NCBI GenBank assembly: GCA_964526745.1
Contig: CAZGMQ010000005.1
Coordinates: forward strand, 10,702 to 74,701
Direction: 5' to 3'
Length of the DNA stretch: 64,000 nucleotides
Source: an uncultured Verrucomicrobiota bacterium
Lineage (GTDB): Bacteria; Verrucomicrobiota; Kiritimatiellia; CAIQIC01; Lenti-01
A program made the position numbers and the translations under genes. Below the pieces are notes generated by a model, which saw only the letters and a list, made by a program, of their open reading frames with translations, had not been told where the DNA came from and made no database searches. Each line of letters begins with the position of its first letter. The stretch's first letter is position 1. Below are positions 53,901-63,803 of this stretch, piece after piece.

Positions 53901-54007
53901 GTTTGGGCAAGCGTTTCCGGCAAACTGCCACCCAGCAGAATAGTAACCAAACCCCAGAATTGAAGTTTCTTAATCACTTCGTAACATTCTAATCGACCCT
54001 CCCCCAT
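50930..54007 (-). CDS. Large secreted surface protein with lamin-tail domain (LTD) and three putative-Ig/cadherin-like repeats
   Basis: Threefold repeat ...DP.TLTVSN(L/M)P.G..F.PTN.LGTF.W..A.PTG.YSV.F.A.D.DG.... LTD-like CAVLISEYVEGTGNNKALEIYNP. 1025 aa. Confidence 0.55.
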   Translation of the reverse strand: MGEGRLECYEVIKKLQFWGLVTILLGGSLPETLAQTAYIDAVEAVVTAESCGAVGNGAIDPNETVTVDFVLQNIGTADTTNVIATLEPTGGVTGPDGPMSYGALLAGGAPVTNSFSFAATGQCGGQLTATLSLDDNGLALGTVPFVFTLGAEMETALTLTNSVVITLTDGASADPFPSSIAISNLPGSIRNVTATLHGFAHDYPEDIDVILVSPDGDAVSLIGADGGDTPVTNLTMTFDDDAALPVGAALTSGTFQPSGTAEEMNAPAPAPPYGAAMSDFNGGTPNGTWSLYAQDVEAGYAGIILSGWSLSVTAVDVECCQGDQPPLFDALNHQDVLESNLLSFAVTATDPSDGDPITLTVSNLPSGSTFPATNGLGTFIWESATPTGIYSVSFYAEDKDGTASTSITIRVETPPYENTNCAVLISEYVEGTGNNKALEIYNPSLAPLDLDAGQYVVQIYSNGTNSPTHTISLTGAIPAQAVFVLANGSADASVLAVSDMTSGSMTYDGNDAFVLRSGGASGTVLDSIGQVGYNPGTEWGTGIVSTAEHTLRRMSTVEEGDLDPSDAYDPALEWSGFSQNTFDGLGTHTSDCSGPPLPSPPVLNPVGDRMVIVSNTLQFEVVATSTDGDTVTLTVTNLPEGAAFYPTNELGTFLWTNASPTGTYSVTFIASDLDGSDEDTIDIVVGVSNAPSLVYLETFDDTSMWGGGTGTSYNAKTFDNDSTNPVADAFASNLAVRDTVYSVTSNAWRLQNVEETYLRYGVRTNITRLTVQLARWDNSPVMDFEIRYSTDFGTNYTTLYTTNGDWFAADKVYQEYDSGPIDLQPVDDRTLWLEIHKIAGGERLLIDNFQVEYGLVEEVGTPPVLGVIGGQEVFLGHPLQFHVSATPTESDPVTLTVSNMPPGAVFYPTNELGTFVWSPATPTGEYSVVFYAADKDGSDGEAVGVFVYPLPQVGALVVSNGVPASATFYSILGQKYRMDYSTNLTVVPVDWFLVTNDVYGTGSDITLSDTNMAVDVKRFYRIAVE

Positions 54008-54329
54008 AAATCAAGTGATAGAGACCTAATTCATCAGTTTTAGATGGTTTGGTTATGCGGGGCAGGCAGGAGCAGGCCTTTATTCGATTAAAAGAGTGGA
54101 TTATTTTCGTTTCCATACAGGCTTGATGTGACCTAGATACAAGCCATCTGACTTTTTCAGTGATTTACGCCCAAACGTATGTTGATTTGTGCCGATGTTG
54201 ACACCCCCCGTTCTCCTTCATTACCCTCCCCACCCAGTACACCACCACAATCCGTAGCATGTTGGCCAATGAAACGGGCCGCCTGAAAATGACATGTCCA
54301 GCAGGATTCAAACTCACCCGGGAGAGTGA

Positions 54330-55247
54330 ATGATGACCATAGATAAGAGCCTATTGAAGTATCATCCGGACGTGCTGGATGCGTTGAAACATCACCGTCC
54401 GATTGTCGCATTAGAGAGCACATTGATTACACATGGACTGCCCTACCCTGTGAATCTGGAAGTGGCGAGCGGCATGGAGCAGGCGGTTCGGGACGCCGGG
54501 GCGGTCCCGGCCACCATTGCGGTGCTGAAGGGACAGATTACCGTAGGGCTAACCGCTGATGAGTTGGCTTATCTGGCTCAAGCCCAGGATGTTCGAAAAT
54601 GCAGCCGGCGTGACTTTCCGATTGTGATGGCCCAAAAAGGCGATGGCGCCACCACCGTCGCGGGAACGATGATTGTCGCCCACATGGCCGGGATCAAAGT
54701 GTTTGCCACAGGCGGAATTGGCGGCGTGCATCGGGGCCACCCCTTTGATGTCAGCGCAGATTTGATGGAATTGTCTCAAACCCCGGTGACCGTGGTTTGT
54801 GCCGGAGCCAAAGCCATTTTGGATCTACCCTTGACGATGGAGGTGCTGGAGACGCATGGCGTGCCCGTCATCGGACATGGCTGTTCAAATTTACCCGCCT
54901 TCTACACCCGGGACTCAGGCCTGCCGCTGGATATCCGCTGTGACACGACGGATGAAATAGCCGATATCATCCGCGCACGCGAAGCACTCGGGTTGCAAAC
55001 CGGCACGCTGGTTGCCACCCCGATCCCGGAGAAAGATGAACTTCCCGCTGCAGTGGCGGAAAAAGCCATTGCACAAGCGCTGAAAGAAGCCGAAGAGCAA
55101 GGGGTGCGAGGCAAAAAAGTCACGCCTTTCCTGTTAGCCCGCGTCAGTGAATTGACCCACAAAGAAAGCCGAACCGCCAACGTGGTGCTGCTGGAAAACA
55201 ACGCGCGAGTGGCCGCCGGCATTGCCTGTGCCCTGGCGGCTTCGTAA
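54330..55247 (+). CDS. psuG: Pseudouridine-5'-phosphate glycosidase
   Basis: IVALESTLITHGLPYP N-terminal motif, plus a conserved KGDGATTVAGTMIVAHMAGIKVFATGGIGGVHRG core. Confidence 0.8.
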   Translation: MMTIDKSLLKYHPDVLDALKHHRPIVALESTLITHGLPYPVNLEVASGMEQAVRDAGAVPATIAVLKGQITVGLTADELAYLAQAQDVRKCSRRDFPIVMAQKGDGATTVAGTMIVAHMAGIKVFATGGIGGVHRGHPFDVSADLMELSQTPVTVVCAGAKAILDLPLTMEVLETHGVPVIGHGCSNLPAFYTRDSGLPLDIRCDTTDEIADIIRAREALGLQTGTLVATPIPEKDELPAAVAEKAIAQALKEAEEQGVRGKKVTPFLLARVSELTHKESRTANVVLLENNARVAAGIACALAAS

Positions 55248-55349
55248 TCACACGGATAACCGAAGACCGGGACGGGGTCGTCCTGGCTCCATTCCGGTCG
55301 TTTTGGAGTCCCCAGACAACCTCATCGGGGGGGGATTCAGGCCAGTGCC

Positions 55350-58300
55350 CTACGGTGCGTAGGCCGGGATCTTGATTCGGTAATTCCGAACGGTGGGCCA
55401 CGCATTCGTGTCAACCCATGTCATGGGATTATTGGTAGCGACGATGGGCTCCAATGATTTCCATATGTTTGTGCTCATAAGAGACCCATCAAGACCCTCG
55501 ATGGTGTAGTCCCGGCCCACGATGGCCTTGAAGGTCAGGCGAAGGGTATTGCTGGATACCACGAACTGGTTTTCCCACCCGATATAGCTGCCGGAGGAGT
55601 TGGGATCCGTACTGGCCACCCATTCGTTGAAGTTCGGGAAGCCGTCGCCGTCCCAATCGCCATCGGGGGCGTTGGTGGTCGTGCCAATCTTAAGCAGTTC
55701 CCAATCGTCGGGCATCCCGTCGCCGTCTGCATCCCACGGCACGGTGATGGTGACGGCGGCATTGGTCGTGTCGGTGCCGTCGTCAGCGGTGAAGACCGTA
55801 TTGGTATAAACCTGATCGTTCGTGCGCCCACCTTGACTGATCGCGGTCACGTGCCACGAGAATATGCCCGTGTTGACGTCGAACGCAGCCAGTCTGGATC
55901 CGCCGACCGGCAGGTTGGTGACGGACAGCGTCGTGGAGGGGCTGTCGTAGTCGATGGCCGCGACCGTGAAGATGGAAGTTGCCCCCACCGGCATAAGGTA
56001 CGGGCCTTCGGGATTGAACTCCAACGCGGGTGGCTCATTGGCCGCCAGGACGGACGACGCCAGTTCGATGGTAAATGCCAAACTGTCGGTGCCGACCACC
56101 TCTACTTGGCGGGTCTGGGCCTGATTGCGCATGTTGACCGTGTTCCAGGTATTAGACATATCCGTAGCCGCTGTATTGATACTGCCGGTCGCCACTACCA
56201 GCTGAAGCGTACTGGCCAGACTTTCTGCCGGACGAATGGTGGAAAGTGTCAGCGTTGAAGTCCCTCCCGTCTCTTCCGAGAGGTTTCGCTGGCCGGTACG
56301 CAGCAATGCGTCCAGATCGGGCGAAAGGCCGTTACGGACATAGAGTGTCTTGCCGGGCATGGCATAGGAAACCGCGAAAACGTTGGTGGAAGCGCTCGCC
56401 AGCGAGATGGTCTTGCCCACACCCGCATTGGAGAACGTGACGGCATTGGCCGTAGAGGAGAAGGCATAGAGATCATTCACGCGGTTGGTTGAACCGTCCC
56501 ACCAATCCTTGAGAGCCGAGGTGCGGGTGGCCCCCACCCCTTCACCGCTCACGTTGGCGGTGCCTTCGTCTTCGGTGCCGGCGTCAGGCATGGAGACGAA
56601 ATTACCGATCATCTGAACGACGTTGGTGCCCGTCTTGAGCCACGCGCCGACCATGCGGCCGCCGCTGCGTTCAAACAGCGCCATCACCGCATTGTTGCGC
56701 AGGATGGTTTCGTTCTCGCCGTCGAGATCCACATCGGCGCTCACGACCTCGGTGGAGGAAAGCGTGCGCCCGGCCCAATCGTCCACGGCAGCATAGAGGG
56801 CGGCCATGCGGGTCTGGCCCTGCGCTTTCCAAGCGAAACCCTGCAAGCCCTGCCAGCCAGCCGCCGGAGACACGTAGTCGCCGAAGCTCCAGCGCGTCAA
56901 ACTGTTGTTGGTTTCGTTGTGGAACGCGGTCTCAAAAGTCGAGGCAAACAAGGTCTGCTGCGCCAGGCGTTTGACGTCGGCGTTTACAATGCCCTGAACG
57001 GCTTTCCACGCATTGGAGAGAATACCGTTGGTCATGGAGCCATAGACGGTGCCCGACGGCAGGTTGCTACCGATGCGCACCTCGAAGAGTTTCGGCGCGA
57101 GGCCCTCATGGCGGGCAGAACCGTAGTACCAGTTGTCGTAATTCGTGTTGCAGGCGTGGTGCACCCAGTCCTGGGACTGCATGCCATCTGCCGCGGTCAA
57201 ATCACGGCTGACAGTATCTCCATCGAGGACTTCGTCGAGGGCAATGACCTGGATCCAGGGATGGTTGGCCATCCATCGCAGGTTGGCGTCGTAGGCATCG
57301 GCATTGGCATTCGCGTTCAGATCCTCCCACATGTAGAAAATGGTGGAAATCTGGTCGCCCCCAGAGCGCGCGCGGCGATTGAAGAGCTGGCGCAAATCGG
57401 TCGGCAAGCCCCCGTCGGTATTCACATATCGGTAGTTGTTGGCGGCGGTGGCGATGATGAACGCATCGATGGATGGCCAGTCGCCGCTGGGCATTTCTAA
57501 ATAGAACCGGTTGATCTTATAGGAATTGTCGCCCAGCGCCTCTTCGCGTCCGTACCACTCCAGCAGGTGGGGCGTCTGGTCGAGAATGGTGGCCCTATAG
57601 CCCAGGTTGGTCTTGACCTGCTTGAGCGTTTCCACATCCGCCGCGCGCTCGGGAATCCAAAACACGTTGGTGGAAACCACGCCGCTCGTGACCGAGCCGC
57701 CATAGATTTCATTCAAGGCTTCCGTCGCCAACTCCACGTTGGCGAGGTTATAAGCCGCATCAAAATACGGGAGGATGTGGTCGGAGAAGGTACTGCCCAG
57801 CAAACGGAATGTGCCCGCGGCGACACCGGCGCGAATTTGATCGTTGAGCCCCGGCCCGGAATACCACGTATTCGACGTGCCCACCTTCGCCCACTCCAGT
57901 GCCATGGCCAGCGTAGGCGTGATATGCAAATTCAGCGCGGCATTCGTATAAATATTGTGAATTTTAACCGGCCGCTGATAGCCCGCGCCGGAACCATTGT
58001 CCACGATGTTCTGGATGGTCACCCCCGGCTCAACAGCCTGATTGCCATGCGCCAGCATCGCCACCTTGGCGTTCTGGCCCCTGTTGTTCCACACATTGCC
58101 GCCAGCCGTGCGCCCAACGCAGGTCGAATAGTAGCCGTTGGCCGCAATATAGTCGTAGTCCTGATAGTAGTCAGAGCACAGCCAGTCGTCGCCAATGGTA
58201 TCGGTGAAATCGTTCAGGCCGCCCTTATCGCCAGAACCGCCATCGTCGGCCGTGAAATCGCTCGTCGTGTACACCTGGAACTTCAGGTCTTCCGGATCCC

Positions 58301-61300
58301 CGCCCCACCCCGCGGCCACCAAGGCTGCGCGGTCAATGCTCCAGGCTACGGCATCCAGTTCGGAATTGAAATAGGCGCCATAAAAACCGCCCTCAACCGC
58401 CACCACGCCAGCCGCCGCCAAATCCCCGCCGATGTCCGTCGTGTTGTTGCCGCTATCTTGGTCGACATAGACCACACCATTGGCACTGTCGTAAACGCCG
58501 ATGCAGGCGTTCCACTGCATATCGCTTCCGGCATTGACCTGGTCGGGCAGATTGACTTCGCCGCCCTCCCCATAGGTACCAAAGTTGATGGCGACGTAAA
58601 CGTTCAGGGCGCTTTCCTCGGCGTTGGCCGCGAGATCATCGAAGTCCACCCGGAAGTAGAGCTTGCCGTCGATTGCACCGCCGTCGTGGAAGTAGAACGC
58701 CACCATGTCGCGAGAGCTGTCGAACCCGTCGCCCCGACGATAGATATCAGAGGAGTTGCCGCCCTGGTTGTAGTTGTCCAGTGCGATCAGGTCATCCAGA
58801 GTCCAATCCATGAACTCGCGGTAATAAGTCGTGTCGTTGACCACACCTATAACCGGGCCCTGGCCAATAGTAATCGCGCCCTCGCCGCCCGGATCCACAA
58901 TGGAATCCACCTCGATCGGATTGGTTCCATTCTGGTATTCCAGCAGGTTGACGTAGGGTTGCTCGACGAGAAATTCGTCCAGATAGGTGTCGTTGTCGGG
59001 GTTACCATCGGCGCCATTGTTCGGATCCCCTGCCAGGCCGGTCCGCATGCTGGTGATGCCATCGTCGAGCGGATCCAGGCCATAGCGTACTTCCCATCCG
59101 TCAGGAAGGCCGTCGCCGTCGGTGTCCGAATTCAGCGGATCGGTTTCCGTCCACGTTTCACCGGTATCCCAAACCCGGTTGGTGTTGAGGTCGCCCGCGA
59201 TGCGACCATCGAAGTTCTTGTCCTCGCCGTAGCCGTCGCTGAGGCCGTCGTCATCGCTGTCGGAAATACCCGGAGAGGTCTCCAGCCACGTTTCGCCACT
59301 GTTGATAATACCGTCGGGCCAGTTGCGCTCAAGCCAGGGATCGTAAGATGTGGGCAGAAGTTCGCCATCGCCATCGACCCACCCGTTGCGATTGGCATCC
59401 TCGATGCCGTCGGGCAGACCGTCATAGTCGCTGTCGGACTTCGACGGGTCGGTGACGGTGCCCTGCACAAGCTTGGTGCGGCTCGCGCCGGTTCCGGCGC
59501 CATCAATGCCCTTGACGCCATCGCTGCCCACCAAGGTGTTGTAAAACGGCGGATCGAGATCGGGGAGAAAGTTTTTAAAGCCGTCGCCATCCGTATCGGT
59601 ATCGGTATCGGTCCCGGCCGCAGGCAGGCGATAGCCCAGTTCCAGCCCGTCCGGCAGGCCGTCGCCATCGGTGTCGGGGCTGTTCTCCATAGATTTGCCG
59701 CGCGAGAAGTAGTTGAACACCTCGGTTTGCGACCAGTATTCCTTCGCGCTTCCCGGCAGGGGGCACGCCGATATCTCGTTGGTATTCAGGATACCGTCGT
59801 CATCCCAGTCTGCATCGGTCGCGTTGGTCGTGGAAACCAGTTCCCGGAATTGGACCGTGGCGTTGCGAGTGGCGGAATTGGAACCCGAGCTCAGTTCGGT
59901 GCCGTTGGTATTGGCCCAAACCGTGGCCGTGAAGCGGTAGGCACCGGCATTGGTGACGGTCCATGTATAGTTCCATGTCAGGCTGTCGCCATTGGTGACC
60001 ACGCTGCCCAGAACCACCGCGCCGACATAATCCGTCGGACTATTGAACTGGACGGCCAGATTCGTAGCATTCGCATCGGTCAGCACCACAATAGGCGTTT
60101 CCCGCAAAGCCGCGTTGGTTGCCAGCACGGAAGCCGGCACATCCTCCATCCGGATGATATATTTGGCGCCGTCGCTGTCCGTCTCTGGCGGCGTAGTAAT
60201 GATGAGGGTCGGCAGCAGCGGTCCGCGATGCTGGACCAGCCGCACGGCAGCCTTGTTGAAATCGCCATAGCCATTGCTGTTAGTGAATTCGACCCGCACA
60301 CCATACAACCAGCCGTCCTGGCCGTTGTAGACGTTCGGCATCGCAAATTCCAAGGTGTTGAGATCACCATCCCAGGAGTGAGAGAAAGCCAAATCGTCGG
60401 CGCTGATCAAATCCCCGCGGTTGGTCGAACCGTTCGCAGTAGAATTCACGTACACCCGGGTCTGCTCATAGATTTGGTCGGCCGAAAGGCCTTCCGCCAT
60501 GCTGGCGGTGTAATGGACCCGGAATCTCCAGCCGGCCTCGACCATTGTGCCGTCGGCCTCGGGCCAATCGAAAAAGAACTCCTCTGCCGGCCCCCGGGTG
60601 TTCAAAGTGCGTTCCAGTTCGGTGTAGTGACCAACGGCGGCGTTGTCATTCGTCGGGTTGACCGTGGACCAGTTATTGCTGGCGGTGCTCGACCATTCAC
60701 GCAAGCGGACGCGAATAGTAGCGGAATTGCTCGCAGGGATACGCGCGTAGTTGAAACGCCAGATCTGGGGATAGGCCGTGTCTTCCGCCATATCCTCTGT
60801 CCATGCGCCCACCGTCGAAGCCTGCGCCCAAACCACCTGGCCCGATACCATGCCATTGCCCGCGCCGTCGTTGTCGGGATTGATATCCGTAATGTGATAC
60901 CATACCTCGCGTGCAGTCGGATCGGTGCGGACAATAAACCCGTACTCGCTGCCGTAATAGGTCTCGCCGTCCGCCGCCGGATATTGGATATAGCCCTGTG
61001 GGGTTTCCGTATCCAGATAGAACGTCTGGCGGAATGTATTGAAGACCGGCGCACCGCCGGGGCGTTCCAGGAACGCCTTGGCTGTCAGCAGGTGGAACCC
61101 GTCCGCCAATCCGTTGGTGGTCCAGCTATTATAGTCGTTATGCTTGTGGTACGACTTCGTCTTCAGATTCTGGGCATCTGTGTTCCACTCGCCCATCAGG
61201 ATGCTCTTCATATAGATGGCCGCGCTGTTGCTGGGCCAAACCACCTGCCACCCATTGCCGTCATAGCCTTGCTGGCGGGCGGATCCGATCTTGTAGCGGA

Positions 61301-63803
61301 AGACTGTGCCAGCGGACAGGGCCGGAACCTTAATTTCCCACCAATCGTTGCTGTCGGCCGTTTGTCCCGACCACGCAGCCTCCACCACCCGCGTCGATTG
61401 ATTCCCGCCCGCGCCGCCCGCGCCCTCGGGCCAGGCCGTGCCGTTCGTGGTGTAGTAGATGTGGACCCGGTTCCCGCTCACCTTGGGCGTCTTGACATTA
61501 ATATAGAGCGTCTCGTCGGCTGCGTTGGTCAGCATCGGCCAGAACTGCGCGCATCCCACGCAGTTCGTTCGGTCCTGAGCACCGTTCGGATCGTGCCAGA
61601 TCCACGACACCGTGTCTGCCAAGTCCCAGTCGTTGCTGGCCGTGGACAGGTTGGTTGAAAACCCGGCGGTTCCGATCACCGCCTCATAGGTCTCCGCTCC
61701 CGCCGAACCGATTTGATTGCGGACGGAATCCGCCGCCGCGAACTTCTCCGGCCAGATGCGCTGGATGAAATTAACGCCTTCATAGCCGAGATACATGTCG
61801 TCGGTCAGGGCCGGGGGGTTGTCGCGGGGATCACCACCGGAATGGTTCACGCCGTTGAGGTCCATGCCGCCATCCAGCCGCATCAGTACGTTGTCGGCGG
61901 AGCCGTCCACACGCGCATCAAACACGACATTGGTGCCCTGGGTGATGCGAGGAATAGCGATGGAATAGGTGTAATCCGAGGTATTGGTGTCGGCAAGGTT
62001 GTACGGGTTGAAGGCTGCGTCGCCGTCGGGCCCGTCTTCTCGGTTTACCAGGATGGTGTCCGCCAGTTGCCCGTTGTCATAAATCGAGATCACATCCCCG
62101 GACCACAGGCTGCTCGAATCGGGATTCTTGTACCCCCAGACCGAATAACTGTTGGGAGGTTGGTTCACGTTGTACAGGTCGCTGGCATAAACGTAGTCGG
62201 CCGCCGGGCCGCTGTCCGTGAAATAGCACTGGTAAGAGCGAACGTAGTTATACAGGTAAGCATCGTCTGAAAAGGTGCCCTGGGTCGGAAGGGTGCACCA
62301 GTCTTCCCACTTCGAATTCAGGATCACAAGCGCGGTATTCCACGGGGAAGAGCCCCCGCGTTCCCACGCAATGACCGATCCATCCCAATGGGTCCCCATT
62401 CCGACGTGATCGTAGCGCGCCATATTTTCGTGGATCTTCAGTAGTTCGGGAATTTGGGTCTGTCCCCACTGACCCAGGAAAGCGGTGTTTGCCCAGCGCG
62501 GGAAAGCGCCGCCGCTGCCGGAGAGCGTTTCCGCATGGCTGTTCCCGTCGGTATAAAGCAGGCCCAGTCCCTGCCGCAGGAGATAATAGGCGTGCTGCAG
62601 CTCTTTGCGGTCCACGTAGTCGTTGTCGTGGCTCTGCGCGTGCATGACGCCCACTCCGGAAGAAAATCCGCCGGCACCCGCAGCGTCATAGCCCCACAAA
62701 TCGCCCGCGCTGAACCGCCAGTTGAGCTCGGTCCGCAGATCGTTGTCCACCAGACGCATCCCCGCCGCAACATAGCCGTCATATCCGGGTGGCTCTCCCA
62801 GATGTTCCCCAAACAGAATCGCATCATCCCGCGGAATCTCGGTGTTGAAATTGCTGTCGCGGAGGTTGTTGGTGTCGCTGTAGCCGTGCGTTTTGTCGAA
62901 CTGCCACTGGATTTGCCCCAGGTAGCCGGCATCGCTGTCATCGTCGTTGTAGGCCCCGAAGAAATAGTCCGGCACGTGCTTGACGGCATCCAGACGGAAC
63001 CCATCGGCATGGGTGGTGTCCATCATCCAGCGCGCATTCCGGCACAGGTAGGCCCCCACGTCTTCCTTATAGAAGTCCGGATTGGCTGTAATCACCGCCT
63101 CGGTAATCGACGTGCTGTTGAACCCCTTGTGTCCCAGCGTGGGATGCCAATCGTAGAATTCAGGGTTATTGGGATGCCGCACGATGGAAGGCTTGTCGTG
63201 CCAGTCGCCCTCCGAGTCTCCGAAATTCTGATTCGGCGTCTCGTGGGCGATGTCCAGCAAGTCCGACAGCCCCAGATGCATCACCTGCCAGGCATCGTTC
63301 CAATCGCGGGTGTTATCCCACTTACGGCAGAATCCGTCGGAGGTGGTGCGCAGGTGGAAATCTTCCGCCACCATGCCGGGGAAGACATCCGTCGGGGTGG
63401 TTTCGTCATACAGCGGGACATCGTAGGCGCGGTGGTTCATGATGTTATCAAAATAGACCCGAATACCGAAGCGGTGGCACAGTTCCACCAAGTTGTGTAA
63501 ATCCGCCTTGGTTCCATAGCGCGTGGAAATCGTCCCGCGCTGGTCGATATTCCCTAAGTCGAATGGATCGAACAAGTCATAACCGACCGAATATCCCCCA
63601 TTGGCTTTCGCCGGCGGCGGCAGCCAGAGTGAGGAATACCCTGCCTCGGCCAGCTCCGGCACCTTGTCGGCGATCTCATTCCAGCTTGCGTTGAAATACT
63701 GCAGCATGGCCTCGCCGAGGGCTGCTGCGGGAAACAGGCCCAGAAGGCAGACACCCAACAATCCCCGCTTTGCCCACTGCCGAGAAAAATAAACCAATTT
63801 CAT
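55350..63803 (-). CDS. Giant (2818 aa) secreted GH13 alpha-amylase-family protein with thrombospondin-type-3 Ca-binding repeat arrays
   Basis: Signal peptide (start at MKLVYFSRQWAKRGLLGVCLLGLFPAAALGEA). GH13 regions YFDNIMNHRA, GFRLDAVKHVPDYFF, FGEHLGE, HAQSHDNDY. More than 10 Asp-rich repeats (DTDGDGLPDGWE, DSDDDGLSDGYGEDKNFDG, DADGDGMPDDWE, DWDGDGFPNFNE). Confidence 0.75.
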   Translation of the reverse strand: MKLVYFSRQWAKRGLLGVCLLGLFPAAALGEAMLQYFNASWNEIADKVPELAEAGYSSLWLPPPAKANGGYSVGYDLFDPFDLGNIDQRGTISTRYGTKADLHNLVELCHRFGIRVYFDNIMNHRAYDVPLYDETTPTDVFPGMVAEDFHLRTTSDGFCRKWDNTRDWNDAWQVMHLGLSDLLDIAHETPNQNFGDSEGDWHDKPSIVRHPNNPEFYDWHPTLGHKGFNSTSITEAVITANPDFYKEDVGAYLCRNARWMMDTTHADGFRLDAVKHVPDYFFGAYNDDDSDAGYLGQIQWQFDKTHGYSDTNNLRDSNFNTEIPRDDAILFGEHLGEPPGYDGYVAAGMRLVDNDLRTELNWRFSAGDLWGYDAAGAGGFSSGVGVMHAQSHDNDYVDRKELQHAYYLLRQGLGLLYTDGNSHAETLSGSGGAFPRWANTAFLGQWGQTQIPELLKIHENMARYDHVGMGTHWDGSVIAWERGGSSPWNTALVILNSKWEDWCTLPTQGTFSDDAYLYNYVRSYQCYFTDSGPAADYVYASDLYNVNQPPNSYSVWGYKNPDSSSLWSGDVISIYDNGQLADTILVNREDGPDGDAAFNPYNLADTNTSDYTYSIAIPRITQGTNVVFDARVDGSADNVLMRLDGGMDLNGVNHSGGDPRDNPPALTDDMYLGYEGVNFIQRIWPEKFAAADSVRNQIGSAGAETYEAVIGTAGFSTNLSTASNDWDLADTVSWIWHDPNGAQDRTNCVGCAQFWPMLTNAADETLYINVKTPKVSGNRVHIYYTTNGTAWPEGAGGAGGNQSTRVVEAAWSGQTADSNDWWEIKVPALSAGTVFRYKIGSARQQGYDGNGWQVVWPSNSAAIYMKSILMGEWNTDAQNLKTKSYHKHNDYNSWTTNGLADGFHLLTAKAFLERPGGAPVFNTFRQTFYLDTETPQGYIQYPAADGETYYGSEYGFIVRTDPTAREVWYHITDINPDNDGAGNGMVSGQVVWAQASTVGAWTEDMAEDTAYPQIWRFNYARIPASNSATIRVRLREWSSTASNNWSTVNPTNDNAAVGHYTELERTLNTRGPAEEFFFDWPEADGTMVEAGWRFRVHYTASMAEGLSADQIYEQTRVYVNSTANGSTNRGDLISADDLAFSHSWDGDLNTLEFAMPNVYNGQDGWLYGVRVEFTNSNGYGDFNKAAVRLVQHRGPLLPTLIITTPPETDSDGAKYIIRMEDVPASVLATNAALRETPIVVLTDANATNLAVQFNSPTDYVGAVVLGSVVTNGDSLTWNYTWTVTNAGAYRFTATVWANTNGTELSSGSNSATRNATVQFRELVSTTNATDADWDDDGILNTNEISACPLPGSAKEYWSQTEVFNYFSRGKSMENSPDTDGDGLPDGLELGYRLPAAGTDTDTDTDGDGFKNFLPDLDPPFYNTLVGSDGVKGIDGAGTGASRTKLVQGTVTDPSKSDSDYDGLPDGIEDANRNGWVDGDGELLPTSYDPWLERNWPDGIINSGETWLETSPGISDSDDDGLSDGYGEDKNFDGRIAGDLNTNRVWDTGETWTETDPLNSDTDGDGLPDGWEVRYGLDPLDDGITSMRTGLAGDPNNGADGNPDNDTYLDEFLVEQPYVNLLEYQNGTNPIEVDSIVDPGGEGAITIGQGPVIGVVNDTTYYREFMDWTLDDLIALDNYNQGGNSSDIYRRGDGFDSSRDMVAFYFHDGGAIDGKLYFRVDFDDLAANAEESALNVYVAINFGTYGEGGEVNLPDQVNAGSDMQWNACIGVYDSANGVVYVDQDSGNNTTDIGGDLAAAGVVAVEGGFYGAYFNSELDAVAWSIDRAALVAAGWGGDPEDLKFQVYTTSDFTADDGGSGDKGGLNDFTDTIGDDWLCSDYYQDYDYIAANGYYSTCVGRTAGGNVWNNRGQNAKVAMLAHGNQAVEPGVTIQNIVDNGSGAGYQRPVKIHNIYTNAALNLHITPTLAMALEWAKVGTSNTWYSGPGLNDQIRAGVAAGTFRLLGSTFSDHILPYFDAAYNLANVELATEALNEIYGGSVTSGVVSTNVFWIPERAADVETLKQVKTNLGYRATILDQTPHLLEWYGREEALGDNSYKINRFYLEMPSGDWPSIDAFIIATAANNYRYVNTDGGLPTDLRQLFNRRARSGGDQISTIFYMWEDLNANANADAYDANLRWMANHPWIQVIALDEVLDGDTVSRDLTAADGMQSQDWVHHACNTNYDNWYYGSARHEGLAPKLFEVRIGSNLPSGTVYGSMTNGILSNAWKAVQGIVNADVKRLAQQTLFASTFETAFHNETNNSLTRWSFGDYVSPAAGWQGLQGFAWKAQGQTRMAALYAAVDDWAGRTLSSTEVVSADVDLDGENETILRNNAVMALFERSGGRMVGAWLKTGTNVVQMIGNFVSMPDAGTEDEGTANVSGEGVGATRTSALKDWWDGSTNRVNDLYAFSSTANAVTFSNAGVGKTISLASASTNVFAVSYAMPGKTLYVRNGLSPDLDALLRTGQRNLSEETGGTSTLTLSTIRPAESLASTLQLVVATGSINTAATDMSNTWNTVNMRNQAQTRQVEVVGTDSLAFTIELASSVLAANEPPALEFNPEGPYLMPVGATSIFTVAAIDYDSPSTTLSVTNLPVGGSRLAAFDVNTGIFSWHVTAISQGGRTNDQVYTNTVFTADDGTDTTNAAVTITVPWDADGDGMPDDWELLKIGTTTNAPDGDWDGDGFPNFNEWVASTDPNSSGSYIGWENQFVVSSNTLRLTFKAIVGRDYTIEGLDGSLMSTNIWKSLEPIVATNNPMTWVDTNAWPTVRNYRIKIPAYAP

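Noticed and set aside
59560-59640. Short tandem GGTATC repeats (GTATCGGTATCGGTATCGG) inside the third giant gene
   Set aside because: Encodes part of a DTDTDTDGDG Asp/Thr Ca-binding repeat, so it is coding-sequence periodicity rather than an independent repeat feature.
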